Below are positions 9,916 through 18,835 of a stretch of DNA of 64,000 bases, one piece after another. How positions within the stretch are numbered: the stretch's first letter is position 1; each line of letters opens with the position of its first letter. Origin of the DNA: Pelagibaca sp. (GTDB lineage: Bacteria; Pseudomonadota; Alphaproteobacteria; Rhodobacterales; Rhodobacteraceae). Below the pieces are notes generated by a model. The model was not told the DNA's origin and did no database searches. It saw only the letters and a program-made list of their open reading frames with translations. The stretch spans positions 9,242-73,241 of the forward strand of contig JBGRQD010000018.1 of assembly GCA_041725935.1 (NCBI GenBank), read 5' to 3'. The position numbers and the translations under genes are program-made.

Positions 9916-10569
9916 ATGACCGTAAAACATCATCTTACAGACGACCTTTTGATGGCTTACTCGGCAGGTGATCTGCCCGAGGCCGTCAATTTGATCGTCG
10001 CGACCCATATCTCGCTTTGCGATGACTGTCGGGCGGCACTTGGCAGCTACGATGCCGTTGGCGGTGCGGTTCTCGAAACCTGCGAAACGGCTGACATGTC
10101 GAAGTCCAGCCTGAATGCCGTGCTTGACATGATCCACGCACAGAACCTGCAAACCCATTCCAAGCCCAAAGCCGCCACGCCGAAGGACGACATCCTGCCT
10201 GCGCCGCTGCGCGATTACGTGGGTGGCGGTCTTGAGAACGTGCGCTGGCGGTCCGCCGGCATGGGTGTGAAACAGGCGATATTGCCGACCTCGCGCGATG
10301 CAACGGCCCGTCTGCTCTACATTCCCGCGGGCACTGCGATCCCGGATCACGGCCACCATGGGCTCGAATTGACGCTTGTGCTCAAGGGCGCGTTCCAAGA
10401 CGAAGGCGGGTATTTCGGGCGCGGCGATATCGAAGTCGCAAGCGAGGATCTCAACCACACTCCGGTGGCGGATATCTCCGAAGACTGCATCTGCCTTGCA
10501 GTCACCGACGCACCGCTGAAATTCAAGGGGCTGGTGCCGCGCATCGCGCAGCCGTTCCTCGGGATATAA
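9916..10569 (+). CDS. chrR: Anti-sigma factor ChrR (ZAS + cupin)
   Basis: HISLCDDC (HxxxCxxC), HGHHGLELTLVLKG, CICL. Confidence 0.95.
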   Translation: MTVKHHLTDDLLMAYSAGDLPEAVNLIVATHISLCDDCRAALGSYDAVGGAVLETCETADMSKSSLNAVLDMIHAQNLQTHSKPKAATPKDDILPAPLRDYVGGGLENVRWRSAGMGVKQAILPTSRDATARLLYIPAGTAIPDHGHHGLELTLVLKGAFQDEGGYFGRGDIEVASEDLNHTPVADISEDCICLAVTDAPLKFKGLVPRIAQPFLGI

Positions 10570-10589
10570 ATCGACCGTCAGACGAATGT

Positions 10590-10615
10590 AAAAGGGGGCC
10601 AATTGGCCCCCTTTT
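10590..10615. terminator. Bidirectional intrinsic terminator
   Basis: Perfect 26-bp palindrome AAAAGGGGGCCAATTGGCCCCCTTTT between convergent chrR and lpdA. Confidence 0.9.
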
Positions 10616-10625
10616 TGATTTGGGC

Positions 10626-12407
10626 TTACGCCTTTTTTTTCTTCGGCGGCATCAGGTCGGTGATCGTGCCTTCGAACATCTCGGCGGCAAAGTTCACCGT
10701 TTCCGACAGGGTCGGGTGCGGGTGGATCGTGTGACCCAGGTCCACTGCATCGGCGCCCATCTCAATGGCCAGCGCCACTTCGGAGATCAGATCACCCGCA
10801 TTGGTGCCTACGATGCAGGCCCCGATCACGCGGTCATCGGACGGATCGAACAGAAGCTTGGTGATCCCTTCGTTCCGACCATTCGACAGGGACCGACCAG
10901 ACGCCGCCCAAGGGAACACGCCCTTTTCGTAGGTGATGCCCTTGGCCTTGGCCTCGGTTTCGGTCACGCCACACCACGCCACTTCGGGATCGGTATAGGC
11001 GACCGACGGGATCAGCTGCGCATCAAAGAAACGATTGTGTCCCGCGCAGACCTCCGCCGCGACCTTGCCTTCATGCACCGCCTTGTGCGCCAGCATCGGC
11101 TGGCCAACCACGTCGCCGATGGCAAAGATGTGCGACACGCCCGTGCGCTGCTGATTGTCCACGGCGATGAAACCGCGCTCGTCCACAGCAACACCGGCCT
11201 TGTCAGCATCGATCAGCTTGCCATTCGGCTTGCGCCCAACAGCCACCAGCACCTTGTCGAACGTATCGTCAAAACTCTCGCCCTTGTCGTTCTCGAACGT
11301 GACCTTGAGTCCCTTTTTCAGCGCCTCGACATTGGTGACCTTGGTCTTGAGCCAGATGTTTTCGTACCGGCCCTCGATCCGCTTGTGCAGCGGTTTCACG
11401 ATGTCCTTGTCGGCACCCGGCATCAGCTGATCCATGAATTCGACAACCGAGATTTTCGATCCCAGCGCATCATAAACACAAGCCATTTCCAGACCGATGA
11501 TCCCACCGCCCAGAACCAACATCCGCTTTGGGATGTCCTTCAACTCCAGCGCGCCGGTGCTGTCGATCACTCGGTCATCGTCGGGGATGAAGGGCAGGTT
11601 CACGGGCTCGGACCCGGCAGCGATGATGCATTGGTCAAAGCTGACAGTGGTCTTGCCGTCGTCACCGATCACTTCGATCATGTTCGGGCCAGTGAACGTC
11701 CCGTAGCCCTGCACGACCTGAACCTTGCGGCCCTTCGCAAGGCCACTCAGACCGCCGGTCAACTGTCCGACAACGCCATTCTTGAAATCGCGCAATTCGT
11801 CGAGGTCGATCTTCGGCTTGCCGAAACTGATCCCGTGCGAGGCCATCTCCTCGGCCTCGGTGATCACCTTGGCCACGTGCAAGAGCGCCTTGGACGGGAT
11901 ACAGCCCACGTTGAGGCAGACACCGCCCAATGACGGATACTTTTCAATCAGGACAACTTTCTTGCCCAGATCCGCCGCGCGGAATGCCGCCGTGTAGCCG
12001 CCGGGGCCAGAGCCCAGGACGACCACTTCGGCATGTACATCGCCCTTGCCGGACGCGGTGCCGGTCGCTTCGACCTTTTTCGGTGCATCGGATTGCGGCG
12101 GCGACCCACGGCCACCATAGCCGCCCTTGACCTCGCCGCCCTGACCCACTGCGTCTTTTGCTGCCGTGTCTCCGGCATCCGCGCCTTCGAACACCATGAT
12201 CACGTCCCCTTGGGAGACTTTGTCGCCCTCCTTGACCTTGATCTCGGTGATCTTGCCAGCGGCAGGCGACGGCACTTCCATCGTCGCCTTGTCGGATTCC
12301 AACTCGAGCAGCGGGTCCTCTTCGCTGACCGTATCGCCCACGCTGACCAGAATAGTGACAACGGGCACGTCTTTGAAATCCCCGATATCGGGTAGTTTGA
12401 TATCCAT
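10626..12407 (-). CDS. lpdA: Dihydrolipoamide dehydrogenase E3 with N-terminal lipoyl domain
   Basis: ESDKATME lipoyl motif; GSGPGG, GGVCLNVGCIPSK, HPHPTLSE. Confidence 0.97.
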   Translation of the reverse strand: MDIKLPDIGDFKDVPVVTILVSVGDTVSEEDPLLELESDKATMEVPSPAAGKITEIKVKEGDKVSQGDVIMVFEGADAGDTAAKDAVGQGGEVKGGYGGRGSPPQSDAPKKVEATGTASGKGDVHAEVVVLGSGPGGYTAAFRAADLGKKVVLIEKYPSLGGVCLNVGCIPSKALLHVAKVITEAEEMASHGISFGKPKIDLDELRDFKNGVVGQLTGGLSGLAKGRKVQVVQGYGTFTGPNMIEVIGDDGKTTVSFDQCIIAAGSEPVNLPFIPDDDRVIDSTGALELKDIPKRMLVLGGGIIGLEMACVYDALGSKISVVEFMDQLMPGADKDIVKPLHKRIEGRYENIWLKTKVTNVEALKKGLKVTFENDKGESFDDTFDKVLVAVGRKPNGKLIDADKAGVAVDERGFIAVDNQQRTGVSHIFAIGDVVGQPMLAHKAVHEGKVAAEVCAGHNRFFDAQLIPSVAYTDPEVAWCGVTETEAKAKGITYEKGVFPWAASGRSLSNGRNEGITKLLFDPSDDRVIGACIVGTNAGDLISEVALAIEMGADAVDLGHTIHPHPTLSETVNFAAEMFEGTITDLMPPKKKKA

Positions 12408-12420
12408 CAGATCGCCTCCC

Positions 12421-13704
12421 TTACCACATCAACTTGCGCATATCGCCAAGCAGGGTCTTGAGCGTTACGCAGAAGCGCGCAGCCAAGGCCCCATCGACGG
12501 CACGGTGATCGTAGGACAGCGACAGCGGCTGCATCAGGCGCGGCACGAACTCCTCACCGTTCCAGACCGGCGCCATCTTGGACCGCGTCAGACCCAGGAT
12601 CGCCACTTCCGGGGCATTCACGATGGGGGTAAAGCTGGTCCCCCCGATCCCGCCCAGCGACGAGATCGTGAAGGTCGCGCCCTGCATGTCCTTGGACTTG
12701 AGGTTACCGTCGCGGGCGGCCTTGGACAAGTCCATCAGCTCCTTGGAGATGTCGACCAGCCCCTTGCGATCCGCGTCCTTGATCACCGGCACCATCAGAC
12801 CGTTCGGCGTGTCCGCCGCAAAGCCGATGTTGTAGAAGTCCTTCTTGATCAGCTTGTCGCCATCGGGATGGATCGACGAATTGAACTCCCAATGCTCTTT
12901 CAGCGCCGACACCGATGCCTTGATGACAAAGGAAAGCAAGGTCACGCGATAGCCGTTGTCCTTGGCCATCGTGTCCATTTCCTTGCGGTACTTGTCCAGA
13001 TCGGTGATGTCCGCCTCGTCATTATGCGTGACATGCGGAATGTTCAGCCAGGACCGGTGCAGCGCCGGACCCGAGATCTTCTTGATCCGGGACATTTCCA
13101 CTTCTTCGACCGGCCCGAATTTTGAGAAATCCACCGCCGGGATCGGCGGGATGCCCATGCCACCTTGCACAGCGCCACCACCGGCAGACGCAGGCGCAAC
13201 CTGTGACTTGAGCGCCTTTTCAACGTCCTCGCGCAGGATACGGCCCTTGCGGCCCGACCCGTTGACGTTGTTCAGATCCACCTCGACCCTGCGCGCATAA
13301 GCCCGCACGGATGGCGACGCATGAACCTTGCCGAACCCGGCATCGGTCTTGGCAGGGACCGACGCAGGCGCAGAGGCCGGAGCGCTTTGCTTGGGTTCTT
13401 CCTTGGCGTCGTCCTTCTTCTCGGCTTTGGGCTCTTCCTTGGCTTCGTCCTTGGCTGCATCCTTGGAATCATCGGCTTCGACGATCAGGATGACCGATCC
13501 TTCGGACACCCTGTCGCCTTCGCTGACCTTGATCTCTTTCACGACGCCGGCAGTCGATGAGGGAACCTCCATCGTCGCCTTGTCGGATTCCAACTCAACA
13601 ATCGGGTCTTCCTTGGCAATTCTGTCGCCCACGCTGACCAGAACGGTCACGACCGGCACGTCGTTGAAATCACCAATATCCGGTACTTTTACTTCGGTTG
13701 TCAT
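12421..13704 (-). CDS. aceF: PDH E2 dihydrolipoamide acetyltransferase
   Basis: One lipoyl domain (ESDKATME), HASPSVR binding domain, SYDHRAVDG. Confidence 0.95.
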   Translation of the reverse strand: MTTEVKVPDIGDFNDVPVVTVLVSVGDRIAKEDPIVELESDKATMEVPSSTAGVVKEIKVSEGDRVSEGSVILIVEADDSKDAAKDEAKEEPKAEKKDDAKEEPKQSAPASAPASVPAKTDAGFGKVHASPSVRAYARRVEVDLNNVNGSGRKGRILREDVEKALKSQVAPASAGGGAVQGGMGIPPIPAVDFSKFGPVEEVEMSRIKKISGPALHRSWLNIPHVTHNDEADITDLDKYRKEMDTMAKDNGYRVTLLSFVIKASVSALKEHWEFNSSIHPDGDKLIKKDFYNIGFAADTPNGLMVPVIKDADRKGLVDISKELMDLSKAARDGNLKSKDMQGATFTISSLGGIGGTSFTPIVNAPEVAILGLTRSKMAPVWNGEEFVPRLMQPLSLSYDHRAVDGALAARFCVTLKTLLGDMRKLMW

Positions 13705-13723
13705 AATCTTGTTCTCCTCCCGC

Positions 13724-16384
13724 TCACACCAGACGCGGGTTCGGCTTTTCGCCGTCGATGTCGTATTTGCTCAGGGCTGATTTCAGATCTTTCTCGGTCA
13801 CCGCACCCTCGCGGTAGAGATCGACCATGGCTGCAGCGGCGATGTGGTTCGCGTCCACCTCGAAGAACCGGCGCAGGTTCACGCGGCTGTCCGACCGGCC
13901 ATAGCCATCGGTGCCCAGAACCGTGAACCGACCCGGCACAAAGGCCCGGATCTGTTCGGCGAAGTTCTTCATGTAGTCGGTCGCCGCGATGATCGGACCC
14001 TTTGCCCCCTCAAGCTGCTGCGTCACATAAGGCACCTTCGGCTCGGCCAGCGGGTTCAGACGGTTGTGCCGCGCGCAGTCCTGACCGTCGCGGGCCAGCT
14101 CGTTCAGCGACGTGGCCGACCAGATGTCCGAGGTCACGCCGAAATCCTCCTTGAGCATTTCGGCCGCCTTGAGCGCCTGAACAAGGATCGTTCCCGACCC
14201 CATCAGGTTGACGTGCTTCTTGCCGGGTTTCGCTGTCTTGTGCATCCGGTAGAGGCCCTTGATGATGCCCTCTTCCGAGCCCATCGGCATTTCGGGATGG
14301 TGGTAGTTTTCGTTCATCAGCGTCAGGTAGAAATACACATCCTCCTGATCCACGAACATCCGCTGCAACCCGTGCTGCACGATCACAGCAACCTCGTAGC
14401 TGAAGGTCGGATCGTAGCTGATGCAGTTCGGGATCGTGCTGGCAAGGATGTGGCTGTGCCCGTCCTCGTGCTGCAAACCTTCGCCGTTCAGCGTGGTCCG
14501 CCCGGCAGTCCCGCCGAGCATGAAACCTCGCGCCCGGCTGTCACCCGCCGCCCAGCACAGATCGCCGATCCGCTGGAAGCCAAACATCGAGTAGTAGATG
14601 AAGAACGGGATCATCGGCACGCCGTGGTTCGAATACGACGTCGCCGCCGCAATCCAGTCCGCCATCGCCCCCGCTTCGTTGATGCCTTCCTGAAGAACCT
14701 GACCGTCCAGGCTCTCCTTGTAGAACATCATCTGGTCTTTATCCTCTGGGGTATAGTTCTGCCCCAGCGGATTGTAGATCCCGACTGACCGAAACAGACC
14801 CTCCATCCCGAAGGTGCGGCTTTCGTCCGGCACGATCGGCACTACGTTCTTGCCGACCTTCTTGTCCCGCAAAAGCGTGGTCAGGATACGGACAAAGGCC
14901 ATGGTCGTCGAAATCTCGCGGTCGCCTGTCGATTCAAGTTGACCCTTGAACTGCTCCAGCGCCGGAATCTCCAGCTTGGCGGCATCGCGCCAATGGCGTA
15001 CTGGGAAAGACCCGCCCAATTCCTTGCGCCGATCCGCAAGATACGCCTTCTGCGCGTTGTTCAGGCTGACAAACGGCACGTCCTTTTCCAGCTCTTCATC
15101 CGTTACCGGAATCTGGAACCGGTCCCGCATCGCCTTCAGCTGGTCGAACTGCATCTTTTTCTGCTGGTGCGTGGTGTTCTGGCCTTCGCCAGCCGTACCC
15201 ATACCGTAGCCCTTGACCGTCTTGACCAACAGACAGGTCGGCGTGCCCTTTGCTTGGCTGGCCCGGAGGAAGGCGTTGTAAACCTTCTTGGGATCATGCC
15301 CACCGCGACGCAGCGCCCAGATCTGATCGTCGCTCCAATCCTCGACCAGCGCCGCAGTCTCCGGATATTTGCCGAAGAAATGCTTCCGGATATAGGCGCC
15401 GTCCTTGGATTTGAACGTCTGGTAGTCGCCATCGACGGTTTCATCCATTAACAGGCGCAGCTTGCCAGAGGTGTCGCGCTCCAGCAGTTCGTCCCAGCCG
15501 CGACCCCAAAGCAGCTTGATCACGTCCCAACCGGCGCCACGGAAGTCGCCCTCAAGCTCCTGCACGATCTTGCCGTTGCCGCGTACCGGGCCGTCAAGAC
15601 GCTGCAGGTTGCAGTTCACCACGAAGATGAGGTTATCCAACCCTTCGCGATGCGCCAGATCAATCGCACCACGGCTTTCTGGTTCGTCCATCTCGCCGTC
15701 GCCAAGGAAACACCAGACCTTGCGGTCGGCGGCGTCGATCAGACCCCGGTTGTGCATGTATTTCATGAACCGCGCCTGGTAGATCGCCATCAGCGGCCCA
15801 AGGCCCATCGAGACAGTGGGAAACTGCCAGTAATCCGGCATCAGCCATGGGTGAGGATAAGAGCTCAGACCATCGCCCGCGACTTCGGAGCGGAAATTCT
15901 CAAGCTGTTCGACACTGATACGCCCTTCCATAAAGGACCGCGCGTAAATGCCGGGGATCACGTGACCCTGGAAAAACACCAGATCGCCACCGTGAATGGC
16001 CGATTTCGACCGCCAGAAATGGTTCAACCCGATATCATAGAGCGCAGCCGAGGACGCGAAGGAAGCGATATGACCACCGTATTCGCTGCTGACCTTGTTG
16101 CGCTTGACCACGGTCGCCATTGCGTTCCAACGGTTGATGGTGCGAATGCGCCATTCCATTTCCGTGTCGCCGGGAATGTCGACCTCGTCATCCGGCGCAA
16201 TCGTGTTCTGGTACGGCGTGTTCGCTGAAAACGGCAGCTTTGCGCCAGCGGCGCGCGCCTGTTGAACCGCCTTGTCGAGCAGGAAATGTGCACGATCCGC
16301 GCCATCCCGAAGGATGACATCTTCTATCGCGTCTTGCCATTCCTGGGATTCGACCGGGTCAATATCATTCGGGCTGTCTTTCAT
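13724..16384 (-). CDS. aceE: Homodimeric (AceE-type) 2-oxoacid/pyruvate dehydrogenase E1
   Basis: DIDPVESQEW, GGHIASFAS, GDGEMDEPES (TPP motif), EGLQHEDGH. Confidence 0.95.
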   Translation of the reverse strand: MKDSPNDIDPVESQEWQDAIEDVILRDGADRAHFLLDKAVQQARAAGAKLPFSANTPYQNTIAPDDEVDIPGDTEMEWRIRTINRWNAMATVVKRNKVSSEYGGHIASFASSAALYDIGLNHFWRSKSAIHGGDLVFFQGHVIPGIYARSFMEGRISVEQLENFRSEVAGDGLSSYPHPWLMPDYWQFPTVSMGLGPLMAIYQARFMKYMHNRGLIDAADRKVWCFLGDGEMDEPESRGAIDLAHREGLDNLIFVVNCNLQRLDGPVRGNGKIVQELEGDFRGAGWDVIKLLWGRGWDELLERDTSGKLRLLMDETVDGDYQTFKSKDGAYIRKHFFGKYPETAALVEDWSDDQIWALRRGGHDPKKVYNAFLRASQAKGTPTCLLVKTVKGYGMGTAGEGQNTTHQQKKMQFDQLKAMRDRFQIPVTDEELEKDVPFVSLNNAQKAYLADRRKELGGSFPVRHWRDAAKLEIPALEQFKGQLESTGDREISTTMAFVRILTTLLRDKKVGKNVVPIVPDESRTFGMEGLFRSVGIYNPLGQNYTPEDKDQMMFYKESLDGQVLQEGINEAGAMADWIAAATSYSNHGVPMIPFFIYYSMFGFQRIGDLCWAAGDSRARGFMLGGTAGRTTLNGEGLQHEDGHSHILASTIPNCISYDPTFSYEVAVIVQHGLQRMFVDQEDVYFYLTLMNENYHHPEMPMGSEEGIIKGLYRMHKTAKPGKKHVNLMGSGTILVQALKAAEMLKEDFGVTSDIWSATSLNELARDGQDCARHNRLNPLAEPKVPYVTQQLEGAKGPIIAATDYMKNFAEQIRAFVPGRFTVLGTDGYGRSDSRVNLRRFFEVDANHIAAAAMVDLYREGAVTEKDLKSALSKYDIDGEKPNPRLV

Positions 16385-16420
16385 AATCCCTCTTCCCTTG
16401 GTCTGGCCTGAGGCCAACTA

Positions 16421-16434
16421 GTTTATCGTTAAAC
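16421..16434. promoter_or_regulatory. Palindromic operator, copy 1 (GTTTA-N4-TAAAC)
   Basis: GTTTATCGTTAAAC, 36 nt upstream of the aceE start. Confidence 0.6.
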
Positions 16435-16548
16435 AAATTGCTTGGCCGCAACTTCGCTTAACCATGTAACGCGCTCCTAGCATGCCCGGTTCCCCCTAGG
16501 CAGTCAGGTCACGTCATATCGTCCATGCAACAGGCGCATGGCAATATG

Positions 16549-16562
16549 GTTTAAAACTAAAC
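16549..16562. promoter_or_regulatory. Palindromic operator, copy 2 (GTTTA-N4-TAAAC)
   Basis: GTTTAAAACTAAAC, 128 bp from copy 1; both are followed by AAA. Confidence 0.6.
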
Positions 16563-16646
16563 AAAAAGCGCGTCGCGCAGACGCTCTCAAAACTCCCTCA
16601 TATTCCGTCACGATGGCATCCTGACGCTGCGCATGCCAGCAGAAAT

Positions 16647-16670
16647 ACACGGGCCCGCAAGAGCCCGTGT
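16647..16670 (-). terminator. Probable intrinsic terminator after the amidotransferase gene
   Basis: ACACGGGC...GCCCGTGT stem; minus-strand tail ATTTCT. Confidence 0.55.
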
Positions 16671-16706
16671 TTACAGTCGTTTCAGCTGGGGGTTTGGCCT
16701 GGTCGC

Positions 16707-17498
16707 TTAGGCGGCGTGGGCCACGTTGAACGCAAGGGGCGTCTGCGCAAAGGTGCCCTTGGACAGGGTCACCAGCATGTCGGGCGCAAGCGCCGTCCAT
16801 GTCAAAGTGTCGGGATCAAGCGGTTCGGAGGCGAGTATCCAGCCCCCTTCCCGCGTTTCCGCCGCATAGAGGCTCGGGGCACGCGCATCGCTGGAATGAC
16901 GGAACGCATGGATAGACTGGCCATCCGACATCACACAGGTCAGTCGCACCGCGGCATCACACCCATGCCCGTAGCAGCTGTGCGCCTTCAGCAACGCAAC
17001 CACCGCACGCACTGCCTCGGCAGGCGCGTCCTCAAGCCCATGCGCCAGAAGCAACAGGAAGATCAGTTCCGAATCCGTCGTTCCCCGCCGCGCAAGATAC
17101 AGATCATCCGGCAGCAGGGATTCGAGCGGACGGCGGATGCGGTCGATATCCGGCACCTGCCCGTTGTGCATGAACGACCAGCGGCGATGCGCAAAGGGAT
17201 GGCAATTCAGCCGCGTGGTCTCGCCAGTCGTGGATGCCCTGACATGCGCAAGAAACAGTGGCGACCGGATCATCTTGCACAGGCTGAGCAGGTTGCCATC
17301 CGACCAGGCCGGCAGGACATCCCGATAAAGCCCGGGACCCATGCCCTCATCGTACCATGCAAACCCGAATCCATCGCCCTGCACGGCCAGCTTGGCTTCG
17401 TTGGCGTGCTGGCTCTGCTCCAGAAGCGAATGCGCCGGGTCAACAACCACATGCGCGATGGGAACCGCCGGTCCGAGATAGGCGGCAAGCCTGCACAT
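16707..17498 (-). CDS. Class II glutamine amidotransferase/Ntn hydrolase (EgtC/YafJ-like)
   Basis: N-terminal MCR (Cys2 nucleophile), GDGFG, HVRAST, NCHPF, MHNG, GTTDSE. Confidence 0.9.
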   Translation of the reverse strand: MCRLAAYLGPAVPIAHVVVDPAHSLLEQSQHANEAKLAVQGDGFGFAWYDEGMGPGLYRDVLPAWSDGNLLSLCKMIRSPLFLAHVRASTTGETTRLNCHPFAHRRWSFMHNGQVPDIDRIRRPLESLLPDDLYLARRGTTDSELIFLLLLAHGLEDAPAEAVRAVVALLKAHSCYGHGCDAAVRLTCVMSDGQSIHAFRHSSDARAPSLYAAETREGGWILASEPLDPDTLTWTALAPDMLVTLSKGTFAQTPLAFNVAHAA

Positions 17499-17500
17499 CG

Positions 17501-17755
17501 TCAGTGTCCGGATTGACTGTGCCGCGCTTCGATCCGCGCGTGCAACTTGCAGATCATCCGGCTGGCCGTGGTTTCGAACAGCGGGGGAATCACCGCATGG
17601 ACAAGCGCTGCAAAGGCCGCAAGAAACAGCCGCGCCGAAAATCCGAAAGCAAAGCCTGCATGCTGCAAGTAGGTTTCGTTCACGCTTGCCGGATGATCGA
17701 TGAACCCGCGCAGAAAGCCCGGCCGCTCATTCTGTTCCATGTCTTGAATCGCCAT
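17501..17755 (-). CDS. DUF6356-like small protein
   Basis: FIDHPASVNETYLQH...LVHAVIPPLFETTAS pattern. Confidence 0.75.
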   Translation of the reverse strand: MAIQDMEQNERPGFLRGFIDHPASVNETYLQHAGFAFGFSARLFLAAFAALVHAVIPPLFETTASRMICKLHARIEARHSQSGH

Positions 17756-17902
17756 TGCACGCTCCGTGTTTCGATGCCTGCCCACAGAATGCCAGACCCG
17801 TGCAGAGCGCGTTTCCCAAAAGCGATAGGAGCAGCGGCGATTATTGGGAATTCTTCACGACCGAAAAAGGATTAATGAGAAATTTTCCCACCCACGCGCC
17901 CA

Positions 17903-18691
17903 TCACAGATCAAACGTCGCAAAGACCGGTGCATGATCACTGGGCTGGTCCCAACCCCGCGCATCGCGCAGAACCCGGCTGGAATGCGCCGCGTTCGAAA
18001 TATCCGGCGTCGCCCACACATGGTCCAGCCGCCGCCCCTTGTCCGCCCCGTCCCAATCCTTGGCGCGATAGCTCCACCATGAATAAAGCAAGCCATCTGG
18101 GATATCCTGCCGCGTGACATCGACCCAACCGCCTGCATCCTGCGTTTCGCCGAAATGCTCCACCTCGATGGGCGTGTGGCTGACAACCTTGAGCAATTGC
18201 TTGTGCGACCAGACATCATCCTCGCGCGGGGCGATGTTCAGATCCCCCACCAGAATCGCCTTCTCGGGGCGTTCGCTGCGAAACCAGTCGCGCATCTCGG
18301 TCAGGTAATCGAGCTTCTGGCCAAACTTCTCGTTCACCGCGCGGTCCGGCACATCGCCACCGGCGGGCACGTAGAAATTGTGGATCGTGACCCCGTTCTC
18401 CATCCGCCCGGCAACATGGCGCGCATGGCCCAGATTGGCGAAATCCTTGTCGCCCAGATCCTCGATCGGCAGCTTCGACAGGATGGCAACGCCGTTATAC
18501 CCCTTCTGCCCCCGCGCGACCATGTGGCCATAGCCCAGCGCCTGAAACTGCTCGAGCGGGATCTTGTCGACAGGGCTCTTGCACTCCTGCAGGCACAACA
18601 CATCCGGCCCTTCCTCGGCCATCAGCTTGGCCACCAGCCCTTCGCGCAGACGGACCGAATTGATGTTCCAGGTGGCAAGGGTAAAGGACAT
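17903..18691 (-). CDS. xth: Exodeoxyribonuclease III
   Basis: TWNINSVR, LQECK, GYNGVA, GDLNIAP, SWWSYR, SDHAPV. Confidence 0.96.
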   Translation of the reverse strand: MSFTLATWNINSVRLREGLVAKLMAEEGPDVLCLQECKSPVDKIPLEQFQALGYGHMVARGQKGYNGVAILSKLPIEDLGDKDFANLGHARHVAGRMENGVTIHNFYVPAGGDVPDRAVNEKFGQKLDYLTEMRDWFRSERPEKAILVGDLNIAPREDDVWSHKQLLKVVSHTPIEVEHFGETQDAGGWVDVTRQDIPDGLLYSWWSYRAKDWDGADKGRRLDHVWATPDISNAAHSSRVLRDARGWDQPSDHAPVFATFDL

Positions 18692-18835
18692 GGCAGCGCT
18701 CCGGCAGGGGATAAGGTCGCCAGACACTGCCCCTGCCAGCAACCGGTCGCAACCCGGAAACCGACACGAAAAAACGCCCCGGCTATGGCGTCCGGGGCGT
18801 CAAGGTGGTCTGCGAACAGACGAGGGAGGAACGTT

